DNA of 64,000 nucleotides. It comes from Eledone cirrhosa. Taxonomy: Eukaryota. Positions 38,901 through 53,995 of this stretch are shown here, piece by piece. The notes beneath the pieces were generated by a model. The model was given only the letters and a program-made list of their open reading frames with translations. It made no database searches and was not told the DNA's origin. A program made the position numbers and the translations under genes. The first letter of the stretch is position 1. Each line of letters starts with the position of its first letter. The stretch spans positions 293,880,001 through 293,944,000 of the forward strand of contig OZ024740.1 of assembly GCA_964016885.1 (NCBI GenBank), given 5' to 3'.

Positions 38901-41412
38901 AAATCTAAATTTTTTCCATAAACAATACAACCATATTAGGTAACTTAGGAGGAAATTTATTGTGCCTTTTTTTGATAATGTTGTCACTAATTTCATCCCA
39001 ATTTTCAGCACCACTTTTTACCAGACAAGTATAATGGCCTGCCGTAGATGATACTCCTTCATGAAGAATAGCAGCTTTTAATGTGAAATTTGTGCCATAT
39101 ATTTGCTGCTTTTTTTAGCTAAAGTTCATAATATCACAATTAATTCTTTGTTCTCCTTCATTATTAATCAAAATTCTACTAATTGAGATAACAAGATATT
39201 TGAAATCGTTAGTAAATTCAATTCTTGAAGTTATTTGATGCTCAATATTTTCAGAACAAGTATCACAGTATTTAGTCAAAGTATTTGTTGTTGAAAGTAG
39301 AGATTTAAATTGTTGTGTGCCATTAATAGGATTTAAAATCAAATCCTCTTTTATTTGAAATGGAAGTTCAGATTCTATACCACATCCAGGTCTTGAATTA
39401 CAATTGCAAACATTGTTATTTAAAGCTTGGCAATTTGTTTGATGCAATCGGATGCATCTAGTATGATCAGTTTGAATAAATTGAAGTTTTTCTCTAAATA
39501 CCAAGTCCAAATGTAGAGAGAGTTCTTTCCAAAATTCATGAGCATATTGCTGATTTCCATCATGAAATCTTCCTGCAATTATTCTTCTTAAGTTAGAGAT
39601 TATTATGATTATTAAAAATGATATTGCTTAATTCTTGATGTACTCCATTCATGTTGTTAAAATTATGCAAATACTCTACAAATTCAGGCAATTGATTCAG
39701 TGATTTCACAACTGAATTTGCAAAACAAGCATTTCTTTGGTTGATCAATTGATGTTTAGGGATTAAAGTTTGGCTGTTTTCATTTCTTTTCTTCTTTTTG
39801 GCAGGTTGGTTTGAATTTTCTTCCAAATTAAGTCTTTTCGTTCTTTTCTTGGGCATGCTAGAAGCATTTGCCATGCAAGGATGCTTTTTCCTGAAAGGTG
39901 GCAATGGAGGCAAATCTGCTCTTCCAGTACTAGCCCGTAGTTTGTTGTACTCTTCCCATGCAGATTTGTCAACCATGATCAATGATCTTGGATCAAAGTC
40001 ACAGAGATACACATAAGCTTGACCATCAGAAAATATCTGATTTCCTAAATCAGCAATTATTCCATCCACAGAAATTCCTTGTGATTTGTGAATTGTTAAA
40101 TAGTAAGCAAGAGACAATGGAAATTGTGTTCTGGTGACAAAAGCACCAGGAGAAATTTCATAGTCTGCTTGAACTCTTCCAATGGAAATAGGTTTGTCCT
40201 TTTTGGTATCAAAAGACACCAAAATTTTGTCAACATTGCTTCCATTCCCAATTAATTCAATAACTGTTCCAATAACACCATTGCATAAGCCTTGATCTAC
40301 ATCAATGTTTCGTTTCAACATCACTCTTGCTCCAATTCCAACATTTAGCAGCAGTATCAGAAGTTTTCTTGTTTTTGCCTTTTTCAACATTTTTCTTTTT
40401 TCTTCCATTTACTTGTCTCATACCAGAATCTTTTGCAGCAAATTTCATTGCATTTATGTTGCATTTTTTAATCATTTCATTATTCAACTCATCAATAGCT
40501 TCATTCAAAGGTAAAATGCATACAAATTTTAATTCAGGAATAGAATACAATTCAATCAATTTTTTAGCAATTTCTTCAACAGATGCTTTTCTATCAGGAA
40601 ATAGGCATCATTTTTGAAGAATGTTAATATCAGAGTCTGATGGGGAACCAATCCTAATTGTTCCCAAAATATCAACATAGTTGTCATTATCTTCTTTTTG
40701 TCTCATATTAATGGTTAGCTCATCATATTGAAAGTATTTCTACAATGAATGCCCACTAATGCCAATTTCTGTTCTTTTGGCATCATATGATGAAATTCTA
40801 GAAAATACTGGTTTTTCATTTACAGGTGGCCATTGCATCAAATCAGCAAACAAAAGAAGATTCATTTTTCCAAAAGGATATGCCAATTTTTGGGGATCTC
40901 CAAAAATTTCATCAAGCCTTTTTGTGAATAACTAAAATTAAGGGAAACTACTTAATACAGCTACGATGGATTTATACTAGAGTTATGTCCCTTAGTGTTA
41001 CCCGTCATCTGATTTCGTCACTTAAAGTCACACAACTCGATTTCTATGGCACCAATCTTTCAATATTGACAAATTTCGATTCAGCTTATCGAGTTCTATC
41101 TACTGAGATTTAAAAAGTTATGATGAGTCAAAGTAAATGAGGAGCCTTATCCTCCACTACTTGACCACACATATTTTAGCGTAACTTTTTTTCTACTGAC
41201 GAAAATTTGAATTTGCCTGGGATGTAGCCTGGGATGAGTCCATTCTAGTGCAAAAATCCTGATCAAATTTGGTTGAGAACTGAATTAATGACAAGCCTAG
41301 AAGTGGCTGTCGTTGGGAAAAAGTTGACCTTAAGAATATTATTCACACACTACCGTGTGTGAATGATATCTATATATATATATATGTATATATATATATG
41401 TATGCATGTATA

Positions 41413-41455
<43 letters not shown>

Positions 41456-41488
41456 ATATATATACATATTTATACATACATACATACA

Positions 41489-41528
<40 letters not shown>

Positions 41529-41532
41529 CATG

Positions 41533-41581
<49 letters not shown>

Positions 41582-41600
41582 TTATACATACATACATGCA

Positions 41601-41677
<77 letters not shown>

Positions 41678-41701
41678 GTGTATATATATATATAGAGAGA
41701 G

Positions 41702-41866
41702 AGAGAATTAGTATATCTACCAACATATGTATACAGATGTATACCCATGCTAGCAAATATATATGTTATGTCTTAGTACCTTTGTGGTTTTATGCAGACA
41801 TAAGATATATATTTGCTAGCATGAGTCACATCTGTATACATATGTTGGTAGATATACTAATTCTCT
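41702..41866. repeat. ~72-bp-arm hairpin
   Basis: 41702-41773 is the reverse complement of 41796-41866 with few mismatches. Confidence 0.9.
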
Positions 41867-42146
41867 ATATTTATCTCCAAATTATTTGTTGAGTAAAACT
41901 TGCCAAAATTTACTGCTGTGATTCATGGTAGTAGTAGGCTCTTGTCATAATACCACCCCACTCCTCACTGATTAACCTCAGTGTCACGTGATTGATCCTT
42001 TAGAATCTGCCACTGACCAAAGAGGCAGTGAATTTTTTTAGTGCTTTGGAATTTAGTCCCCGCTAGCTTTATTCCATCCACTGAATTATTATTTTTATAT
42101 GGGTTCCTAGTGTCCGCGCATTGCCTGGGAACTTAGCTGAGAATAG

Positions 42147-42228
42147 ACTCCCTGATGACGTAAGGAATTCTCTATAGTTATCTTACGTAACTATATTTAT
42201 CCCCTTACAGAAACTAATTAGTTGGGGT
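42147..42228 (+). ncRNA. Type I minimal hammerhead ribozyme
   Basis: ACTCC-CTGATGA-C-GTAAGG...CCTTAC-A-GAAAC-TAATTA-GTT-GGGGT; palindromic stem III; GUU triplet. Confidence 0.7.
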
Positions 42229-42278
42229 GAAAATTTTAGTAAGTTAATTTTTAATTTTTAAAATTTTATTATTTTACG

Positions 42279-42362
<84 letters not shown>

Positions 42363-42364
<2 letters not shown>

Positions 42365-42798
42365 GGATTTTCAGGTCTCTACGAAGGTCCGACTTCCACA
42401 CCGATCTCAAGCTGTGGCACGCCGCCCAGGCCTTGCTCTTCCTCTCAACCACATCATCTTCCGTATTCCCAATATTTGCTCCCAAATACAGGAAGCCCTC
42501 AACCAATTCTAGCGGCTTCCCGCCTACATTAGTGATCCCCTCTGGCTTCTCAACATTCTCTACCAGATATTTTGTTTTAGTCTCCTGCCTCCTTCACTGT
42601 ATTTGTCACCAAAACTATGTCGTCGGCAAATTCAGCATCCGATACCTTTTTCGCCCTAACTCTCCTGCTCTGAGCCGTATGTTGATGCCCTAAGGACAGA
42701 CACTGGTCTGTTGGAGACGCAGGACATGGCAGCGATAATGAGGGACAGAGACCGCTGGAAAGAACTCGTCCATGGATCTCGGGAATTGTACCCGCCTA

Positions 42799-42800
<2 letters not shown>
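42363..42800. mobile_element. RTE-like LINE fragment with 5' inversion inside (TA)n
   Basis: Minus part: DAEFADDIVL..FLYLG..RKSKAWAA..VWKS. Plus part 42655-42800: YVDAL..DTG..MRDRDRWK. Confidence 0.65.
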
Positions 42801-42859
<59 letters not shown>

Positions 42860-43147
42860 ACCAACTCGTAAGTACGTTTTCTTAACTACAGATTATTATA
42901 TACACTCGTTTTTCTCTTAATATCTTCAAACAACCAAATAACCAAAAACTATTAATAACCTCAAACAACCAAATAACCAAATCACACACGACGGCTATTT
43001 CTGTTAGTCCAGAAATAGCCGTCGAAACGGCTTGAGCCCTGCCGTCGGGGTCATACTTTTTTCTATTTCCCACTCTCACTACCCTAAGTATTGAGTACTC
43101 TGGTGCGTTATGGTCCATCTGGTTCCTTACCACATTTCCTTTATTAC

Positions 43148-43219
<72 letters not shown>

Positions 43220-43223
<4 letters not shown>

Positions 43224-43712
43224 AAATAACGAAACGAAATTAAATTTCGTTTCGCTTCTAACTCACTTTTGTATGACTGACGTTTAAACAATTAAGTTAA
43301 AGTGTACATCTACATATGTATACGGAAGTATTAGTATGCATATAAATACACACATGTATACATATGTACATGTACTCAGCTTTTCACTAGACACTTTACA
43401 GTGAGTGTCAGCTAGTCTGTATGTAACCACACAGGCGGACCGGGTTTTAGAGTCATACGAGTTTTCAAGGAAACACATTTCCTCTATTCTACAGAGGGCC
43501 AGACAGGAATATTGGACTAGTTTCGATGTTATTACATCTCATCAGCAATATTTACCCATCTTCCGGCTTCTCTGGAGAATTGTAAAAGCACATATCGTTA
43601 TATGCTTTTTCTATGAAAATTAGTAGTGGGTAGACTAATTTGCATAGAACGTGAGTCATTGTACGCACCGGTTCAGCGGAAACGAAATTTAATTTCGTTT
43701 CGTTATTTGTTT
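43220..43712. mobile_element. MITE-like element with 34-bp perfect TIRs
   Basis: AAACAAATAACGAAACGAAATTAAATTTCGTTTC at 43220 and its reverse complement ending at 43712. Confidence 0.75.
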
Positions 43713-43759
43713 TTATCGTTATTTGTTTTTATCGTAATTGTTTTTATCGTTATTTATTG

Positions 43760-45420
43760 TAAAACCGCTCTTCTTAAGGGCTTTATTATAATAAGGGGCG
43801 GCTTTATTAAAAATGTCTATAGACGAAGATAAGGTAGAAATCCTACGGCTAATGTTAGGAATAAGATTATTAAAAACTATAGAGGGATGGCAAGACTCTT
43901 TGTGTATATACCTAAGATTTTCGTTAGGTTTATAATAGGGTTTAAAAGAGGCGGTAAGTAGATCAAGATTAATATCAAGAAAGTTAGCATTAGTAAGGTT
44001 TGTATCTATAGTGATTTTAAGGTTAAGATTAGCAAAAGTATTGATTAAATCTTGACGGAATTTATCAAGGTTATGATGGTATGAGAAAACTGCTAATCCG
44101 TCATCACGGTATAAACCGATATTATGGGACGGAAATTTCTCTTTGAGGGTGTGGAGAAGGAATAATCCTACTAAGTCACACACATCCGCACTGTCATATG
44201 AATCCATTGCAACAACAAAAGAGTTTTCAGGGTTTGACTTTTTAACCCAAATATTATCATTAGTAAAGAGTAAAGTTTTTCTAGCATGAAAGATAATGTC
44301 TTCTTCTAATTTAGAAATATTAATGAAGGGTCTTGCAAAATCTAAGGCATTAGTTAATAAGGAAACAGTAATAGATGGGTAAAAATCGACAATATCAAAT
44401 TGGGTAAATCTACACTTATTTTTACCTTGTATATTATTAAACCAAGAAATAACAGAGGAAGTATTTAGCCACTGTGATAGGTCAGTGTTAGTTCTAATTT
44501 GGAGAATTATTTTTCTTAAGATTTTCTTACTTGCAAGGCCAACCTCGGATTTAGCCGGGTTAATCAGTCTACAACTAGGTCGATTAGTAAAGTCCAATTT
44601 ATGGTCTCTAAGGGTAATATATTATTTACGCTTAGCTTGGCTTTCAATCCGGTTATCTATTTGTAAAGAACTAGCTAGTTCTTTAGCTTCTTTATTGATA
44701 GTATTGTAGGTATTATTATTAGTTAATTGATATTTATTGGTAATACTATTAGTTAAAAGTTGGTTATACAAAGTACTATTAACTTCAAAGAGATTTTTAG
44801 TTTTATCAGAAAGAACAAAAGTGTTTGTAGAATTTCTAAAATTAGAAATATCGTTAGATAGTTTAGTTTGAAAGTTATTATTGTACTTACGAAATTTGAT
44901 ATCACTAATTATATTAACAAGGTCTAATTCGAAGTTGGCCATGTCTTTAATTCTAGGTGGATATTTACGGGATTTGATGTCAAAACAATCTTTAGTATCA
45001 GCACTGAATAGTCCATCGTAAACCATTGCCTTCCATCTCATTCTTTTAACGACTTGTTCGATTTTATCAATGAGGATTTTGGTATAAGTTGTGTTGGAAG
45101 AAGTGGGTATATTTTTGATTGAATAATCCAATTCATAAAGATCCATGGTGTATGTTGGTTAAATTCCTGAAAACTGTAGAGTGCTCAACTAATCGGGCTG
45201 GAAAGTGCCAATCGTATATGTAATATAGAATATGCTTCAATCAATCCCGGTTGGAGCTATATAAATGAAGTAATTCCGTCGGAAAAGTCCAGGAAAAAAG
45301 AGTGCTCTATGTAGGTAACAGAGCTTAATAGTTATGTAATAAACAACATAAGGCAATTATTCCATTTACCAGTGGTTTCTTAAAAGCAAAAGATTTTGCT
45401 TTCAATCCTCAGAATGAAAA
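43760..45420 (-). mobile_element. PLE (Nematis-like) 5' half: pLTR, N-terminus and RT, 3'-truncated
   Basis: MDLYELDYSIKNIP..KRMRWKA..SDKTKN; frameshift ~44620; CRLINPAKSE; FDIVDFYPSI; MDSYDSADVCDLVG; GLYRDDGL; NFLD. Confidence 0.92.
45360..45419 (-). ncRNA. Type I hammerhead ribozyme in the PLE 5' pLTR
   Basis: TTTCATT-CTGAGGA-TTGAAAGCAAAA..TTTTGCTTTTAA-GAAAC-CACTG-GTA-AATGGAA; all three stems pair. Confidence 0.85.
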
Positions 45421-45573
45421 AATCCTGGTCTGTTTATTGAATTTGGATTTTAAAAACAAAAATGCAATCTATATTAAAGTGAGGCTGGAGAAGGAAGAAG
45501 GAAAGGAAAAATAAATTAAAACTACACATGCAAACACACACACAAAAACACGCACACTCACACACAAAAGCAT

Positions 45574-45669
<96 letters not shown>

Positions 45670-45704
45670 TGAAATTTCCGTTGAAAACAGAAAAGGTCAG
45701 ACCC

Positions 45705-48420
<2,716 letters not shown>

Positions 48421-48481
48421 ATTTTTATACATTATATATATATATACACATATATATATACATATACATACACTCATACAT

Positions 48482-48512
<31 letters not shown>

Positions 48513-48691
48513 TATATATGTGTATATAAATACACACAAACACATACATATACACATATATACATACGCACATAAATATCAACACATCCATACATACACA
48601 TACATATATACAACCACACACACATATATACACACATACATACACATAGAAACATATACATACACACATATACATACACACATATACATAC

Positions 48692-48725
<34 letters not shown>

Positions 48726-48872
48726 ATATGTGTGTACAAGCATACACATACACAAACATAGCCATACACACATACATATACATACATGCACATAATCATA
48801 CATATATACACACGTACATACATACACATAAATGCACTCCTCTACATATTCACACACGCAAATAAATATAAG

Positions 48873-48903
<31 letters not shown>

Positions 48904-49154
48904 TAAAAAAATTTTTGACAGCGATACAAACTGCAGGTAACTGGACAGACACGCGTGGTAAGTAATACACACAAATGCACGTATACATACGTACGAAATA
49001 GTAAATACATACACACACTCTCGCACATAAATATACATATACAAATACATAAACACATACATACACATACACAAATACATGCACAAACACGCACACGCAC
49101 ACGTATACAATTATACACACACATATACACACACATATGTATATGTAATTATAT

Positions 49155-49213
<59 letters not shown>

Positions 49214-49323
49214 AATATAAAAATATACACACACACATATACATACATAGCTATACAATTATACACATACAAATACGTACATATCATAAACACGCACAAC
49301 CAAATACAAACACACACACACAC

Positions 49324-49404
<81 letters not shown>

Positions 49405-49519
49405 CACATAAACACATATACATGTGTGTGTGTGTAAAACTCAGTCTTAGATAATTCATATGAACCTTACATATATATAGTAGTAAGGTAATAAAGTAAT
49501 AAGCAACATAAAGCAATTA

Positions 49520-49579
49520 TTTCATTCACCAGTGGTTTCTTAAAAGCAAAATATTTTTCATTCAATCTTCAGAATGAAA
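49520..49579 (-). ncRNA. Hammerhead with a non-cleavable GUG triplet
   Basis: TTCATT-CTGAAGA...GAAAC-CACTG-GTG-AATGAA. Confidence 0.7.
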
Positions 49580-49616
49580 AAACGGGGTCTATCTACATAT
49601 ACATACATATACACAC

Positions 49617-49657
<41 letters not shown>

Positions 49658-49660
<3 letters not shown>

Positions 49661-50112
49661 TGGCTGCCAACTCGTTATCGAGTACGGCCACTACTTTATA
49701 TCCATGTAGGAGAACCCCTACCGATGCGCTGAACGAGTGTGACTTTTTAGTCCAGCCAGCGACTTGAAAACTCTGGTACAAACACTACACTTGTGACAAT
49801 TATTGACACATAGTGCTTTGCCTTTGGTACCATGTGACGACAAGTGCAGAGAGATCTCCAGATATAAAGCAATGCCTGTGCCGTGAAGCTTTTATAGTGA
49901 GCAAAGGCACTGCACAAAGCCAGTCCCACTCTCTTAACCAAGATGATATTTACCAAAAAGAAGAACAAGTCAACATCATTGGATACCATCAGGGTTGCAG
50001 GTGTTATATCAGAGTTTTCCTTCTCCTAGAATTCTGCCTTGAAAAAGGCTAAGGGGTCATCTCTCCCAGTGATTTTGGATGGCCATTGACTCTTAAGAGC
50101 TCCTTTGCCCTT
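49658..50112 (-). mobile_element. LINE 5'-UTR-like insert within a (TA)n tract of the inverted pLTR
   Basis: Absent from the mirror arm; shares GAGTCAATGG.CATCCAAAA with the R4-like leader at ~17717. Confidence 0.45.
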
Positions 50113-51685
50113 TATATATATACACACAAATATACATACACATACACATAGGTATGTGAAGGGCAAGGCAAAAAGAATATATGGGGGGGGGGACATAGGA
50201 AAAGGTGAAATATAAGGGGAGGTAAGGGAGAAAAAATATATATACAAGAGTACAGAACGTAGATTCAGCAAAATAAAAACCGTAGCAGAAGTAAAGAGCA
50301 GGGAAGGAGTTCAAGGCGGTTGATGACAGTGCGGATGTGTGTGACTTAGTAGGATTATTCCTTCTCCACACCCTCAAAGAGAAATTTCCGTCCCATAATA
50401 TCGGTTTATACCGTGATGACGGATTAGCAGTTTCTCATACCACCAACGGCCATAACCTTGATAAATTCCGTAAAGATTTAATCAATACTTTTGCTAATCT
50501 TAACCTTAAAATCACTATAGATACGAACCTTACTAATGCTAACTTTCTTGATATTAATCTTGATCTACTTACCGCCTCTTTTAAACCCTATCATAAACCT
50601 AACGAAAATCTTAGGTATATACACAAAGAGTCTTGCCATCCCCCTATAGTTTTTAATAATCTTATTCCTAACATTAGCCGTAGGATTTCTACCTTATCTT
50701 CTTCTATAGGCATTTTTAATAAAGCCGCCCCTTATTATAATAAAGCCCTTAAGAAGAGCGGTTTTACAGAAAAAATTTCTTATTTACCTACTACACCCTA
50801 AAACTAACCACAATAACAGGAAAAGGAAGATTATTTGGTTCACACCCCCTTCTCTCTAACTGTCAAAACTAATGTAGGAAGGAAATTCCTTGAACTCTTA
50901 GACAAACATTTTCCTCCTAATCATAGATATTATAAGATATTTAATAGGAACGTAGTTAAGATCAGCTACTCTTGTTGCACATCTATGAAGTCCAAAATCA
51001 CCAGTTCAAACCATACGAGAATAAATCCAGGATGCAGTTGCAGGAAGCCGGATGAATGCCCATTGCAGGGTAAATGTAACACCAAATCTGTTGTTTATGA
51101 GGCTAAGATAACACCGGTAATCAACAACCAGCCAGCCAGGAGTGAGCGATATGTCGGTATGACCCAGGACAGGTTTAAAACCAGATTTTACTCACATGTC
51201 GCTTCTTTTAAGCACTCTGATAAACGAACATCAACGGCCCTCGCAAGTAAGGTGTGGGAACTCAAGGATAGTAACATCCCGTACTCTATTGATTGGTCTA
51301 TATTAGACCATTCGAGGGAGTACCAAAGGGGCACAAAGAATTGTTCTTTGTGTACCACAGAAAAGTATAGGATTTTGCTAAACTTGAGAGCCACTTCCGC
51401 TTGCCTTAACTCAAAGACTGAGATCTTCAGATGCTGTCCTCATCTGAAATCGCATCTGATCTGTAACTGGATTGACACTCCTATGATAAATCAACCACCT
51501 TGAACTCCTTCTCTGCTCTTTACTTCTGCTACGGTTTATATTTTGCTGAATCTACGTTCTGTACTCTTGTATATATTTTTTTTCTCCCTTACCTCCCCTT
51601 ATATTTCACCTTTGCCTATGTCCCCCCCCCCATATATTCTTTTTGGCTTGCCCTTCACATACCTATGTGTATGTGTATGTATATT

Positions 51686-51830
<145 letters not shown>

Positions 51831-51867
51831 GTGTGTATATGTATGTATATGTAGATAGACCAGATTT

Positions 51868-51927
51868 TTTCATTCTGAAGATTGAATGAAAATTTTTTTG
51901 CTTTTAAGAAACCACTGGTGAATGGAA
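51868..51927 (+). ncRNA. Hammerhead with a non-cleavable GUG triplet
   Basis: TTTCATT-CTGAAGA...GAAAC-CACTG-GTG-AATGGAA. Confidence 0.7.
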
Positions 51928-52054
51928 TAATTGCTTTATGTTGCTTATTACTTTATTACCTTACTACTACATATATGTAAGGTTCATATGAATTATCTAA
52001 GACTGAGTTTTACACACACACACATGTATATGTGTATGTATGTGTATGTATGTG

Positions 52055-52131
<77 letters not shown>

Positions 52132-52507
52132 TTGTATTTGGTTGTGCGTGTTTATATGTACGTATTTGTATGTGTATAATTGTATAGCTATGTATGTATA
52201 TGTGTGTGTGTATGTATACATATATGTGTGTGTGTGTGTATTTTTATATTTATGTATATATATATATATATATGTATGTGTATATAATTACATATACATA
52301 TGTGTGTGTATATGTGTGTGTATAATTGTATACGTGTGCGTGTGCGTGTTTGTTCATGTATTTATGTATGTATATGTATGTGTTTATTTATTTGTATATG
52401 TATATTTATGTGCGAGAGTGTGTGTATTACTTACCACGCGTGCCTGTCCAGTTACCTGCAGTTTGTATCGCTGTCAAAAATTTTTTATATATATATATAT
52501 ATTTTTT

Positions 52508-52538
<31 letters not shown>

Positions 52539-52559
52539 ATATATATATTTTAATAACAC

Positions 52560-53995
52560 ACCCCACCAAAACCTGTGAACAAAACAGAAAAACAATTATC
52601 AGAAAAATAAAAAGAACAAACTAAAAAATTAACACACTAAAATACTGCCAACAGCAACACAAACATTCGATGGCTATCACACTGCTTGAATCAAAAAGAT
52701 ATAACCTCCAACAATGCATGATGATCATCATCAATAACCAGAGAACAGCTGAAGAGAGGTGAGCCTTTGAGAAAATCAAACTCAACCCCGTGTTCTTTTC
52801 ATTTGCTAAAAAACACAAGGTCACCGTCTCCACTGTTGGCCCTCTAGTTGATGAAAATGGCACACTCCAAGATAATGCCAAAACCATGGGTGAGATACTG
52901 CAGAAACAATACTGCTCTGTTTTCAGCAATCCTGATATGGCCGATCTGGGCTGTATCAGTGATGTTAATCCCCAACACACTATATCAGACATAACGTTTG
53001 GCGCCCCTAATGTCTTAGCGGCAATAAACGAAATTAAACAGAATTCAGCAGTAGGCTCCGACAGGTTCCCTGCGTGTGTCCTGAAGGTGTATCGACACCA
53101 ATTTGCATCTCCTCTTGCTAATCTGTGGAGGAACTCATTGGACACTGGCTATATTCCTGAAAACTTTCTGTCCCAGTCCGTTGTCCAAGTCTTCAAAAAG
53201 GGAAATAAGTCCCTTGCAGTGAACTACCGTCCAATCTCACTCACCTCTCATATTATCAAGGTATTTGAGAGGGTGGTGAGATCACGAATAACCCACTTTC
53301 TTGAAAGCAACGGCCTGCTGAACTCCAACCAACATGGGTTCCGTAATGGAAGGGACTGCCTAACGCAGCTCCTGCATCACTTTGACGATGTTTTGAGAGC
53401 CTTGGGAGAGGGCTCCAACACTGATGTCATCTACCATGATTTCAGCAAGGTCTTTGACAGGATTGATCATAACATTCTAGTGAAAAAGCTATCCAATATT
53501 GGTGTCTCTGGAAAGTTACTACAGGGGATCAGATGTTTCCTGACAGACAGACCCAACATGTTGTAGTCGAAGGAGTAAAATCAAGCACTGCCAAAGTCAG
53601 CAGTGGCGTCCCACAAGGCACTGTGTTGAGCCCACTTCTTTTCATCATCTACATTAATGACATTACTGACATCATCAATCACAGCAACGTAAGAAACTTC
53701 GCAGATGATGCCAAGCTCCAAAGGATCATCAATGAGGTGGGGGACCGGACTTGCCTTCAGTCAGACCAACTGGATGTTATCCAATGGGCAGAAAAGTATA
53801 ATATGCTGTTGAATGAGGATAAATTTGAACTAATCCACTTTGGAAAAAAGGATTCCCTGAAACTACCATACTCTCTTCCTTCGGGTGAAACTCTAGTGGC
53901 ATCCAATAACATCAGAGACCTGGGAGTAATTGTGGACAACAACATGAGCTGGGACACTCATATAAACAGCAAAGTTGATATGACCCGCAGAATGT
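52560..53995 (+). mobile_element. CR1-group LINE RT fragment
   Basis: NYRPISLTS; QHGFR; DFSKVFD; SGVPQGTVLSP; FADDAKL; DLGVIVD; frameshift near 53550. Confidence 0.9.

Larger units (their letters stand above)
37072..40930 (-). mobile_element. Helitron/Helentron-type element 3' half: Pif1 helicase + USP (peptidase C19) domain, pseudogenised
   Basis: PFGKMNLLLFADLMQWPPV; LTINMRQ; GARVMLKRNIDV..GLCNG; RTQFPLSLAYYLTIHKSQG; GQAYV; then NQRNACFANS, QQYAHEF, LKAAILHEG..AGHY..W..ISD; hairpin + CTAG end at 37072. Confidence 0.85.

Noticed and set aside
38905-39760. Host USP gene
   Set aside because: Intronless, frameshifted and contiguous with a transposon helicase; treated as element cargo
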